In this document: positions 12,915 to 24,053 of the stretch, piece by piece
How positions within the stretch are numbered: the stretch's first letter is position 1
How the letters are laid out: the number at the start of each line of letters is the position of its first letter
Assembly: GCA_964016885.1 (NCBI GenBank)
Contig: OZ024744.1
Span: 35,030,001 to 35,094,000, forward strand
From: Eledone cirrhosa
Lineage: Eukaryota
Direction of reading: 5' to 3'
DNA length: 64,000 bases
Position numbers and translations under genes: made by a program
The notes under the pieces: model-generated
Database searches by the model: none
The model's input: the letters and a program-made list of their open reading frames with translations, nothing else
What the model was told of the DNA's origin: nothing

Positions 12915-13737
12915 CTTCATCACTGTTTAACATCCATTTTTCTATATTAGCATGGGTTAGAGTTGTCCCATTGTGCGAAATGCCAGGTCAGGTGTCCGTC
13001 TTGCTCACACACAACTGATTTTGGCTTGGTTTCTACAGATGGACGCTCTTCCTAATGCCAACATTTACAGTGAGTACTGGGTGCCTTTTTGTCGTGACTC
13101 CTACACAACCACTATGTAGTGGGAGGGTGGGGTGGGGCATACAGTGTATATATGCTTCAGCCTGTGCCTGTGGGAAGTCGAGCCTTCTGTATTACTGCAT
13201 AACACCAGAGATCTCTGCCCTGTGTCATCACCTTTGAGAGGTGCAATTGGGCAAGGTCAGCTTTTATCACCTTATCCCAAGCCTTCCTGGGTCTCCCCAC
13301 ACCAAGGCTCCCATCGACTTTTAGTGCTCTGCACCTTTTTATGCAGCTGTCATCCTTCATACACATCACATGTCCATACCAACACAACCGCCTCTCCTGC
13401 ACACAGCAGTTGATTCCTCTTATGCCTAGTTTCTCTCTTAATTCGTTTATGCTTTGCCGTTTGCATATATTACTATTACACATCCATCGGAGCATGCAAG
13501 TTACGTTTCTTTCTAATCTATGCATGTCTTCTACTCACAGCGCCCAGATCTCACTACCATGTAACAATGCATGCATGCATCATACAGTCTGCCTTTCATT
13601 TTGAGGGAAAAGCCTTTTGTAGCTAGCAGTGGTAGAACCTCTCTGAACTTCTTCCATCCCATTCTTACTCTAGATGCTGTACTTTCAGAACACCCATCTC
13701 CGCTGCTAATTTGGTCACACAGGTAGCAGAGGCTGTG
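12915..13737 (-). mobile_element. Diverged RTE 3' fragment
   Basis: ORF pieces FCYL...WKKFREVLPLL and RLERN...WYGHV homologous to the RTE C-terminus; decayed 3'UTR. Confidence 0.9.
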
Positions 13738-13996
13738 TAACCCATGGACGTTAGACGATGATGAGATGATATTTATATAATATATATATATATAAACGGA
13801 AAAAATGAAACTAAATTTCATTTCTCACTCTTAGTACGGCTGTTACTTAAATATAAGTATGTATACGTACATACATATATGTATACAGACGTACAGTAGT
13901 ATGTATATATATATACATACATGCACACATATATATATGTACGTATGGATTCACCGAACATGTATTATAATGCACCGAACATGTATTATAATGCTC

Positions 13997-14481
13997 GCCT
14001 GCAGGACTATGATGAACAGGAGGGGGCTAAGAACAGAGCCCTGGTGACCCCAACCTGTACGCTAAATTCCTCGCTATACTCATTGCTAATCCTAACTTTG
14101 CTGACTGCTCCCCTATACATGGCTTGTACCGCTTTCACAAGCCATTCATCTACTCCTGGTTTTCTAAGAGCCCACCAGATTACAGCACGTGGAACTCTGT
14201 CAAAGGCTTTCTCAAGATCGACAAATGCAAGGTAGAGTGGCTTACTTTTAGCTAGGTACTTTTCCTGTAACTGCCTGACAAGGAAGAGGGCATCAGTGGT
14301 GCCTCTTCCTGGTACAAACCCAAATTGCATCTCGTCTAGTTTCACCCGGTCTCTAATCAACTGTGCTATAACTCTTTCTGTTACTTTCATGACCTGGTCC
14401 ATCAGCTTTATACCTCTAGTTTCCTCTATCTAGTGCATCATCTTTACCTTTGTAGCAGTTGACAATGATGCTACTGCACCA
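13997..14481 (-). mobile_element. RTE family 1 internal RT fragment (inverted relative to the adjacent 3' fragment)
   Basis: Encodes QFGFVPGRGTTDA...FVDLEKAFD; near-identical to 16507-16993. Confidence 0.9.
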
Positions 14482-14493
14482 CTATCCGAGCAA

Positions 14494-15191
14494 CATGGTA
14501 GAGACCTGGGCGCTGAAGGTGGAAGACTTACGTAGATTAGAGAGAAACGAAGCTTGCATGCTCCGATTGATGTGTAATAGTAATATACGCGAACAACAAA
14601 GCATAAATGAATTGAGAGAGAGACTGAGCATAAGAGGAATCAAATGCTGTGTGCAGGAGAGGCGGTTGCGTTAGTATGGACATGTGATGCGTATGAAGGA
14701 TGACAGCTGCATAAAAAGGTGCAGAGCACTAGAAGTTGATGGAAACCGCGGAGTGGGGAGACCCAAGATGACCTGGGATGAGGTGATAAAAGCCGACCTT
14801 ACCCAATTACACCTCTCAAAGACAATGACACACGACCGTGACCTCTGGCGTCACGCAGTAATACAGAGTACCCGACCTCCCATGGGTACAAGCTGAACCA
14901 TATAGACAATATGCCCTCACACCCCCCCACTGCAAGGTGGTCGTGGAGGTGCCACGGCAAAAAAGCACCCAGCCCACACTGTAAAGTGGACGTGTAGGCG
15001 CCACGAAAAAGCACCCAGCACTCACTGTAAATGAGGTTGGTGTTAGGAAGAGCATCCAGCTGTAGAAATCAAGCCAAATCAGTTCCTGTATGAGCAAGGC
15101 ATGGTCAGCCGACCAGACAGTGCCCACAACAGGACAACCCGTCTAACCCATGCTAGCGTGGAAGAACGTGCGTAAAACGGTGATGATGATG
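14494..15191 (+). mobile_element. RTE family 1 3' fragment with (GAT)n tail
   Basis: Encodes ETWALKVEDLRRLERNEACM...; full 3'UTR; reverse complement of ~15203-15905. Confidence 0.95.
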
Positions 15192-15499
15192 CGTGTGTGT
15201 ATATCATCATCACCGTTTTACGTCCGTTCTTCCACGCTAGCATGGGTTAGACGGGTTGTCCTGTTGTGGGCAGTGTCTGGTCGGCTGACCATGCCTTGCT
15301 CATACAGGAACTGATCTGGCTTGATTTCTACAGCTGGATGCCCTTCCTAACACCAACCTCATTTACAGTGAGTGCTGGGTGCTTTTTCGTGGCGCCTACA
15401 CGTCCACTTTACAGTGTGGGCTGGGTGCTTTTTTGCCGTGGCACCTCCACGACCACCTTGCGGTGGGGGGAGGGGGGGGGGGCATATTGTTTATATGCT

Positions 15500-18400
15500 T
15501 CAGCATGTACCCATGGGAGGTCGGGTACCCTGTATTACTGCGTGACGCCAGAAGTCACGGTCGTGTGTCATTGACTTTGAGAGGTGTAGTTGGGTAAGGT
15601 CGGCTTTTATCACCTCATCCCAAGTCATCTTGGGTCTCCCCACTCCGCGGTTTCCATCAACTTCTAGTGCTCTGCACCTTTTTATGCAGCTGTCATCCTT
15701 CATACGCATCACATGTCCATACCAGCGTAACCGCCTCTCCTGCACGCAGCATTTGATTCCTCTTATGCTCAGTCTCTCTCTCAATTCCTTTATGCTTTGT
15801 CGTTCACGTATATTACTGTTACACATCCATCGGAGCATGCAGGCTTCGTTTCTCTCTAATCTACGTAAGTCTTCCACCTTCAGCGCCCAGGTCTCACTAC
15901 CATGCAACATCGCTGTTCGGATACACGCATCATACAGTCTGCCTTTCATTCTGAGGGAGAAGCCTTTTGCAGCTAGCAGTGGTAGTAGTTCCCTAAACTT
16001 CTTCCATCCCGTTCTTACCCTAGTTATTGTACTTTCTGAGCACCCACCTCCGTTGCTAATTCGGTCACCTAGGTAGCAGAAGCTGTCTACTGTTTCTACA
16101 GGGCCCTCCCAGAGATTGGTGGTACTTGTTTCCTGTGGCTGTTTGCTTGCTGTTTCAGCACAGCTGCTGCATGTGAATCCTACATTCTTAATTAAGCTTC
16201 CTGAGATCCCGCTACATCTCTTGTGTACCCATTGTTTGCATTTGGGGCAGAGAATGGAGTTCCTACCTACACCTTTCCTACATACTGAGCAAGGCCATTT
16301 CCCTGAGGGGATCTGGGTTCTGTTTTCTCGTCTACTTATAAGGACCTTAGTCTTTGTCATGTTGACTTTGAGGCCCTTTCTCTCTAGTCCCTGCTTCCAG
16401 GTTTGGAATTTATTCTCTAGTTCTACCATAGATTCAGCTATGAGTGCGAGGTCATCAGCATACAGGAGTTCCCATGGGCATCCGGTCTTAAACTCCTCCG
16501 TTATTGCCTGCAGGACTATGATGAACAGGAGAGGGCTAAGAACAGAGCCCTGGTGGACCCCAACCTGTACGCTAAATTCCTCGCTATACTCATTGCCAAT
16601 CCTAACTTTGCTGACTGCTCCCCTATACATGGCTTGTACCGCTTTCACAAGCCATTCATCTACTCCTAGTTTTCTAAGAGCCCACCAGATTACTGCACGT
16701 GGAACTCTGTCAAAGGCTTTCTCAAGGTCGACAAATGCCAAGTAGAGTGGCTTACTTTTAGCTAGGTACTTTTCCTGTAATTGCCTCACAAGGAAGAGGG
16801 CATCAGTGGTGCCTTTCCATGGTACAAACCCAAATTGCATCTCGTCTATATTCACCCGGTCCCTAATCAGCTGTGCTATAACTCTTTCTGTTACTTTCAT
16901 GACCTGGTCCATCAACTTTATACCTCTATAGTTTCCTCTATCTAGTGCATCGCCTTTACCTTTGTAGCAGTTGACAATGATGCTACTGCACCAATCTTTT
17001 GGTATGGCCCCCTCTAGTATTACCTGGTTAACGATACGTGTGGTTATAGTGTGACCTACAGACCCAGATGCCTTCAGCATCTCGGCAGCTATACCCGATG
17101 GACCGGTTGCCTTCCCTATCTTCATATCTCTGATTGCCTTACTTACTACGCTGCCGCTGACTTGTACTGCTGGTCCCTCTATAGGGTCTACGTGGGGTAG
17201 GGTCTCTTCTTCCCATGCATTCTCCTCATTTAGTAATCTATCATAATGACTCTTCCATGCATCTTTCTTCTCAGCACTTGTGAGGGCAAGCTCACCTTTA
17301 TCATTCCGGATACACTTCTCTCCAATGACATCACAACTATCTCTGACACACTGCCTCGCAATCTTGAATACCTCCTGTTTCTGGTCCTCACGTTGTAAAA
17401 CATGCTTGAATTTTCTATCCTCTGCTTCCCTCCTAGCTAAGTATACTTGTCGCCTAGCTTCCCTCTTGGTCTCTATGTAATGTACCCTGCTCCCCCCGTT
17501 CTTCCATTCTTTCCATGCCTGTCTCTTGGCCTTGACTGCTTCATCTACCTTATTGTTCCACCACCAAGTCACTCTCCTCCTGCTTGAGGTCTTACTCCAG
17601 CCACAAACCTCATCCGTCGCCTCTAGTAAGTTATTTTTTAGGAACTCCCAGTTCTCTTCTACGTTAAATGTCTCTATCTGTTCTTCTTTACTGTCGTAGG
17701 CGTTGAGTAAAATATCTTTAAATCTGTTACTGGTTGAGGGGACTTTCAGCTTCCAGATCTTTCTTCTCCAGGTTGGCCTCTGTTTCAGGGCTCGTCTAGT
17801 TCTGACCGTGAGGTCGCTGACAACTAAGCTATGTTGGGATGTACATTCCTCACTAGGGAAGGCTTTTGTGTTTACGACCGTCCATCTGTCACGTCCTCTG
17901 ATGAGGATAAAATCTAACTGACTAGAGTGCTCCCCTGATCTATAGGTGATCAGGTGGTTGTCGGGTTTTTTAAAGTTTGTGTTACATATCGACATGTCAT
18001 TGGCGTCGCAGAATTCTAGAAGTCTGAATCCTTCCTCATTCCTTGTGCCAACTCCATGGCCTCCATGTACTCTATTGAAGCCGTCGCAGTGTTTACCTAC
18101 GTGTCCGTTAAAATCTCCTGCAATGATTAGGAAGTCCTTGTCGTCTGTTAGAGCAGTAGTGTGTATTAGGGACTCGTAAAACCTATCCTTAAGTTCGTCT
18201 GGCAGCCCCGATTGGGGTGCGTAAGCTGATATTATTGTGGTAATTGTCTTATTCAGGACTAGTCTGAGTTTAATGATTCTTGCATTTACCCTGTACACTG
18301 AGATTACTTTATCTACCCACTTGTCAGCTAATAGTATACCTACACCACCCATCCCATCGTCATTTCCCACCCAGAAAAATTTGTAGCACTGGCTTTTTCC

Positions 18401-18619
18401 TACAAGGACTCTAGCAGACCCTCCTCTCCATCTAGTCTCTTGCACACAGCATACATCAACTTCCTTTCGCTCTAGCATTTCTACGATTTCTCCTGCTCTT
18501 TCTTTCATTGAGCCTACATTGATGGTACCAACTCGGAGTTTTGGGCATTTGTCGACACTCGTAGGGGAGGGTCTCTGGGTTGGCGCTTCACGTGGGTGCT
18601 TGGTAGCTCGCAGATTCAT
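15500..18619 (-). CDS. RTE LINE ORF: APE endonuclease + reverse transcriptase with PHD-type finger (1039 aa, uninterrupted)
   Basis: APE motifs GTINVGSM, VQETRW, AYAPQ, GDFNGH, QLDFIL; RT motifs NYRGI, QFGF, FVDLEKAFD, QGSVLSP, YADD, FCYLG; RTE C-terminus RLRWYGHV and GRPK; no ORF1. Confidence 0.97.
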   Translation of the reverse strand: MNLRATKHPREAPTQRPSPTSVDKCPKLRVGTINVGSMKERAGEIVEMLERKEVDVCCVQETRWRGGSARVLVGKSQCYKFFWVGNDDGMGGVGILLADKWVDKVISVYRVNARIIKLRLVLNKTITTIISAYAPQSGLPDELKDRFYESLIHTTALTDDKDFLIIAGDFNGHVGKHCDGFNRVHGGHGVGTRNEEGFRLLEFCDANDMSICNTNFKKPDNHLITYRSGEHSSQLDFILIRGRDRWTVVNTKAFPSEECTSQHSLVVSDLTVRTRRALKQRPTWRRKIWKLKVPSTSNRFKDILLNAYDSKEEQIETFNVEENWEFLKNNLLEATDEVCGWSKTSSRRRVTWWWNNKVDEAVKAKRQAWKEWKNGGSRVHYIETKREARRQVYLARREAEDRKFKHVLQREDQKQEVFKIARQCVRDSCDVIGEKCIRNDKGELALTSAEKKDAWKSHYDRLLNEENAWEEETLPHVDPIEGPAVQVSGSVVSKAIRDMKIGKATGPSGIAAEMLKASGSVGHTITTRIVNQVILEGAIPKDWCSSIIVNCYKGKGDALDRGNYRGIKLMDQVMKVTERVIAQLIRDRVNIDEMQFGFVPWKGTTDALFLVRQLQEKYLAKSKPLYLAFVDLEKAFDRVPRAVIWWALRKLGVDEWLVKAVQAMYRGAVSKVRIGNEYSEEFSVQVGVHQGSVLSPLLFIIVLQAITEEFKTGCPWELLYADDLALIAESMVELENKFQTWKQGLERKGLKVNMTKTKVLISRRENRTQIPSGKWPCSVCRKGVGRNSILCPKCKQWVHKRCSGISGSLIKNVGFTCSSCAETASKQPQETSTTNLWEGPVETVDSFCYLGDRISNGGGCSESTITRVRTGWKKFRELLPLLAAKGFSLRMKGRLYDACIRTAMLHGSETWALKVEDLRRLERNEACMLRWMCNSNIRERQSIKELRERLSIRGIKCCVQERRLRWYGHVMRMKDDSCIKRCRALEVDGNRGVGRPKMTWDEVIKADLTQLHLSKSMTHDRDFWRHAVIQGTRPPMGTC

Positions 18620-18855
18620 ATTTCATCTATTGATTCAGAGTTGCTCGTGTATTCCCAGCTCATCCATAACGGTGGGAAAATTGAGGGCTAGAAGAACAGT
18701 GGTGGTGGGGTAATGGCAGGGTGTGTTGGGATGCGCCAGAGGAGGAGAGAGTTAGTTAGGCAGGTAGTAGCAGCAGCAATGGAAATGGCATGCTAGGTTT
18801 GATTGGTCGAATAGACTATGGTGGTGTGTGGGGGTGGGGGGTAGGGAAACTGTGA

Positions 18856-20541
18856 GGTAGGAACTGAGGGTCGCATGGTAAATATCCAAGTTAATAAGTT
18901 AATACTACATCAGTAAAATTAACAATAATAATGTCATGAAAAAACTACTAAGAGAAACCCTCGAAAATTTATCGCTAATACAGCAGGGAAAATTTAACGC
19001 TAATACAGCAGGGAACATCATAATATTAACGACAATATGTAGGCTAAAATACCTTCGTAGATTAGATGGATGGCTGGAAAAATTGGAATCAGCTCTAGTG
19101 ATACATTTTAGCAGAGAAGAATGGGAAAGTGTCTTATCTCTTCAATATTTTCAGATTGAATGAATTAGGTTAAAGACAGGGTAGTAAGCCTTAAAGAAGT
19201 GCATAGAGAGAGGGGGGGGGGTAGGAACTGAGGGTCGCATGGTAAATAACTGAGAGAGATACAATAGGATTAGAATACCGCATGGTAAATATCGAAGTTA
19301 ATAAGTTAATACTACATCAGTAAAATTAACAATAATAACGTCATGAAAAAACTACTAAGAGAAACCCTCGAAAATTTATCGCTAATACAGCAGGGAAAAT
19401 TTAACGCTAATACAGCAGGGAACATCATAATATTAACGACAATATGTAGGCTAAAATACCTTCGTAGATTAGATGGATGGCTGGAAAAATTGGAATCAGC
19501 TCTAGTGATACATTTTAGCAGAGAAGAATGGGAAAGTGTCTTATCTCTTCAATATTTTCAGATTGAATGAATTAGGTTAAAGACAGGGTAGTAAGCCTTA
19601 AAGAAGTGCATAGAGAGAGGGGGGGGGGGTAGGAACTGAGGGTCGCATGGTAAATAACTGAGAGAGAAACAATAGGATTAGAATACCGCATGGTAAATAT
19701 CCAAGTTAATAAGTTAATACTACATCAGTAAAATTAACAATAATAACGTCATGAAAAAACTACTAAGAGAAACCCTCGAAAATTTATCGCTAATACAGCA
19801 GGGAAAATTTAACGCTAATACAGCAGGGAACATCATAATATTAACGACAATATGTAGGCTAAAATACCTTCGTAGATTAGATGGATGGCTGGAAAAATTG
19901 GGATCAGCTCTAGTGATACATTTTAGCAGAGAAGAATGGGAAAGTGTCTTATCTCTTCAATATTTTCAGATTGAATGAATTAGGTTAAAGACAGGGTAGT
20001 AAGCCTTAAAGAAGTGCATAGAGAGAGGGGGGGGTAGGAACTGAGGGTCGCATGGTAAATAACTGAGAGAGATACAATAGGATTAGAATACCGCATGGTA
20101 AATATCGAAGTTAATAAGTTAATACTACATCAGTAAAATTAACAATAATAACGTCATGAAAAAACTACTAAGAGAAACCCTCGAAAATTTATCGCTAATA
20201 CAGCAGGGAAAATTTAACGCTAATACAGCAGGGAACATCATAATATTAACGACAATATGTAGGCTAAAATACCTTCGTAGATTAGATGGATGGCTGGAAA
20301 AATTGGAATCAGCTCTAGTGATACATTTTAGCAGAGAAAAATGGGAAAGTGTCTTATCTCTTCAATATTTTCAGATTGAATGAATTAGGTTAAAGACAGG
20401 GTAGTAAGCCTTAAAGAAGTGCATAGAGAGAGGGGGGGGTAGGAACTGAGGGTCGCATGGTAAATAACTGAGGGAGATACAATAGGATTAGAATACCGCA
20501 TGGTAAATATCCAAGTTAATAAGTTAATACTACATCAGTAA
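18856..20541. repeat. Tandem array of four near-identical ~407-bp units plus a partial unit at the RTE 5' end
   Basis: The same 75-codon ORF starts at 18936, 19343, 19751 and 20156 (spacing 407/408/405, varying with a poly-G tract). Confidence 0.97.
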
Positions 20542-20573
20542 TATTAACTTGTTAACTTGGATATTAACCATGC

Positions 20574-20820
<247 letters not shown>

Positions 20821-20847
20821 GATGATAGGGACTGTGGTCCCTATCAT

Positions 20848-21200
20848 TCCACTGCAAAGTGGTTGTGGAGGTGCCACGGCAAAAAAGCACCCAGCACTCA
20901 CTGTATATGAGGTTGGTGTTAGGAAGAGCATCCAGCTGTAGAAATCAAGCCAGAATCAGTTCCCGTCCCACCTTTGCAAGCAGGGAAAAAGAGGACGTAA
21001 AATGGAATGATTATGATGATGATGATATATATATATACTGTAAATGTGTTTGGTGTTAGGAAGGGCATCCAGCCATTGAAAATCAGCCAGAAACAGTCCT
21101 ATATGAGCAAGACATGGTCACCCAACCCAAGTTGCCTCTAAATGGGCCAAACGTATCTAACCCATGCTAGCGTGGAAGATAGACAAAAATCAATGATATA
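20848..21200 (+). mobile_element. Stacked RTE 3' end fragments (family 1 UTR, family 3 tail, subfamily 2-like tail)
   Basis: 3'UTR modules, cccacctttgcaagcaggg tail motif and (GAT)n. Confidence 0.75.
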
Positions 21201-23204
21201 TATATTTACATTGTTAATTATCAAAGCACTTAGATAATCCGAAATTTGATGATGTGAGAATCCAAATGCAGAAGCTAACTGGAATAGTTGATCATTACAA
21301 ATAACTTCTTTAGAAAATCTGGTAAAATTCCCCTAGATATGTAAAAGAATGTGGCCATCAACTACTACAGAGAATCAGCTGAGTGCATCTGTCAACAAAT
21401 TCCCTTCAATTTAAGTAGCTTGTGGCTAGAGCTGGAAGTAAACATCTTTTGAATTACTGTATATCATATATATATACACCCCTACAACACTGATGTCCAA
21501 CAGATATGCTGCCTGAAGGAAGTTAATACTAACAGTCACTCTCTTAGACTTTGTGTAGTTTATCTGAATATCAAACTTAACAAGGCCCAGTTTAACAATT
21601 ATTCATCGTATATTTAATTAAAATTGGTTCATAATGCCCTATTTATTTATTTTCATATTTTAACCTTTTCATTTTCATATTTCTATTGAACTATTCAGTA
21701 AATGTACAGTTTATTTTTTTTTTTATAAATTATATATATTCACACATATTCATAGATTTTAACATCGTTTTGAGTGTTTTTCTATGCTGGCATGGGTAGA
21801 GCATACACATTGTGTATGAAGAGGTACCATCCCCAAAAATAAAAATTATTTTAGGGGAAGTGGGCTTTGATTTTTGTTTTTTCATGATCACCATCTTACA
21901 GGGCGGACTGGATGCTGCTTATACCCCAAGCTATATTTATATTTTACAAACTATTTATAACAGGTGATTGCCATTTCTACCTGTGCTGTTTTTACATTCC
22001 AAAAGCCATCTCAATTGGAAGTTGAACAACGCCAGGAATTTCAACAATCAATTTTTTGGTCACATGCCAAAATAGCAGCAAAATTTCAAATGAAGGACAC
22101 ATCAACCAATGATTAAAAAAAAAAAAATCACTGCTGGAATGTTTTTAAACAAAAACTGGGATTTCTTTTATCTCAAGCAGGGCTGGTTTTGGTTTAAACA
22201 TTATTTGTTCAAATAGGTCATTATAACCTATTTTTATTATAAAATTACCCGTGTAAATTATTTTATTATAAATCAATTTTTATCAAGCAGGCTTATGATT
22301 AGTGAGCGTTCCAGTCGTGCCCATCCCATTTTTTGTTTATTCAATGGCTGTTTTTCAATGTTTCCTGTCTTTTTTTATTTAAGAGATTTGGATGCTATTT
22401 CTAGCAAGTTGAGTTTCCACATACAGAAATTTATGCTACCAGTTGACATGGATAAAGAGTTTATATTAATATATTTATGTATTTTTCTCTTTTTTCTGAT
22501 GGTATTTTGCTGTTTATTTTTCTTGATTTGATTTTATAAATTGTTTTTATATATTTTATATTTTGTCAAACATTTTAAATAACAGTTGAGTTTTTATTCA
22601 TCTTCATTCCCATTTTGTAAGATTTCTTTCAATGCTCTTTTTCTGTTTTACTTTTTTACTGATTTCAGCCATTAGAATATGGCCATACTGGGGCACTACC
22701 TCAAAGGGTTTCCATTGATAATATAAACCCCAATACTTATTTTTCAAGTTTGGTACTTGAGCTTGCAGGACATATCAATAGGTATTAATTGCTTAAGTGC
22801 AAAAAAATGTACCCCAGTGATTAACGTAGTTGGGCAGTAACTTCATTTTCCAGGCAAGGCAACACATTGTGTACTTAAGCAAAATACTCCATTTCATGTT
22901 GCTCTAGTCTACTCATCTGAAAATGAATACCAGCAATATACCAGCTAGAGAAATTTTATATTTTTAGTCATTTAAAGTCTCATAAAACTGGATTTGGACA
23001 GGCTTTAACTTAAAAACTAGTTATTAACCATTCAACAATTAAAGCGTCCATATCCGGCCAGAATTCTCTCACCTCTTTTTGTCCATACTGGCTGTAACTA
23101 GCCACTCATACTGATGTTAAGGTATTGTTCTCAAAATAAATATCAATTTCATAGATTCGATATTGTGTGAGATAAAGCCTTTACCACAAAAATACAATTG
23201 TGTC

Positions 23205-23292
<88 letters not shown>
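23205..23292. repeat. (TA)n(GA)n compound microsatellite
   Basis: Direct observation. Confidence 0.98.
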
Positions 23293-23294
<2 letters not shown>

Positions 23295-23322
23295 TAAATG
23301 CTAATGGGATAAGTGGTGTAAA

Positions 23323-23670
23323 TCATCATCATCATTATAACAGTTTAATGTCCATTTTGGCACTCTAGTATGAGTTAGTTTTACCATTGTGAGATAACCC
23401 AGGTCTTGCTCATATACAACTGATTTTGACTAGGTTTCTATGGTTGGATACCCCTCCTAATGTCAACCACATTTACAGCGTGTACTGGGCATTTTTCTGG
23501 TAACACCTACATCATCACTTTACAGTGTGGACTGGGCATTTTTCTGGTAACACCTACATCATCACTTTACAGTGTGGACTGGGCACTTTTTGGTGTGACA
23601 CCTACATGACCACTTTAGAGTGCGAGCTGAGCGCTTTTTGTCATATCGCCTACACAACCACTTCGCAGTG
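23323..23670 (-). mobile_element. RTE 3'UTR fragment with ~5 tandem 41-bp modules
   Basis: cactttacagtgtggactgggcattttt...cacctaca repeated; (CAT)n at the left end. Confidence 0.75.
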
Positions 23671-24053
23671 TAAATCTAAACAAATTTTTTGAAAAAAAGA
23701 ATTAAATCAAAAACAAGTTATACAACCATTTTTATGCACTTGGTACACACTGTAAAGTGGTTAGTGTAAGGAAGGGCAGCCAGCCATAGAAAGCTTGGTA
23801 AACAGAGGGTTGGGAGGACCCTTAGTAACATGACAGATATAGTCAGACCATATATTTTTCCAATCATCGTTCCTGGTTGAGCATTTCATTTGATCCTATG
23901 ACTCACTCAACTATGCTATCCACAGCATCCATAATGTTAATTTTTTTTCCCAGATGTTTCTAACTAGGTTTATATCCCCTGTCAGTTGCTTCTTCTAAGT
24001 TATTTTTAAATTCTCAAATAATGTGCCTTGAAGTTAACTATCATACCTTGATC

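Noticed and set aside
18856-19265. Hammerhead or HDV ribozyme in the RTE monomer
   Set aside because: The minus strand has CUGAUGU rather than CUGANGA, and I could not build an HDV double pseudoknot by eye; a covariance search would be needed
18856-20541. Tandem array as a CRISPR array or a multi-copy gene cluster
   Set aside because: Units are ~407 bp and essentially identical with no unique spacers; the context is eukaryotic and the units derive from the LINE 5' end
23460-23670. 41-bp repeats as CRISPR-like repeats
   Set aside because: Contiguous degenerate modules without spacers; part of the RTE 3'UTR
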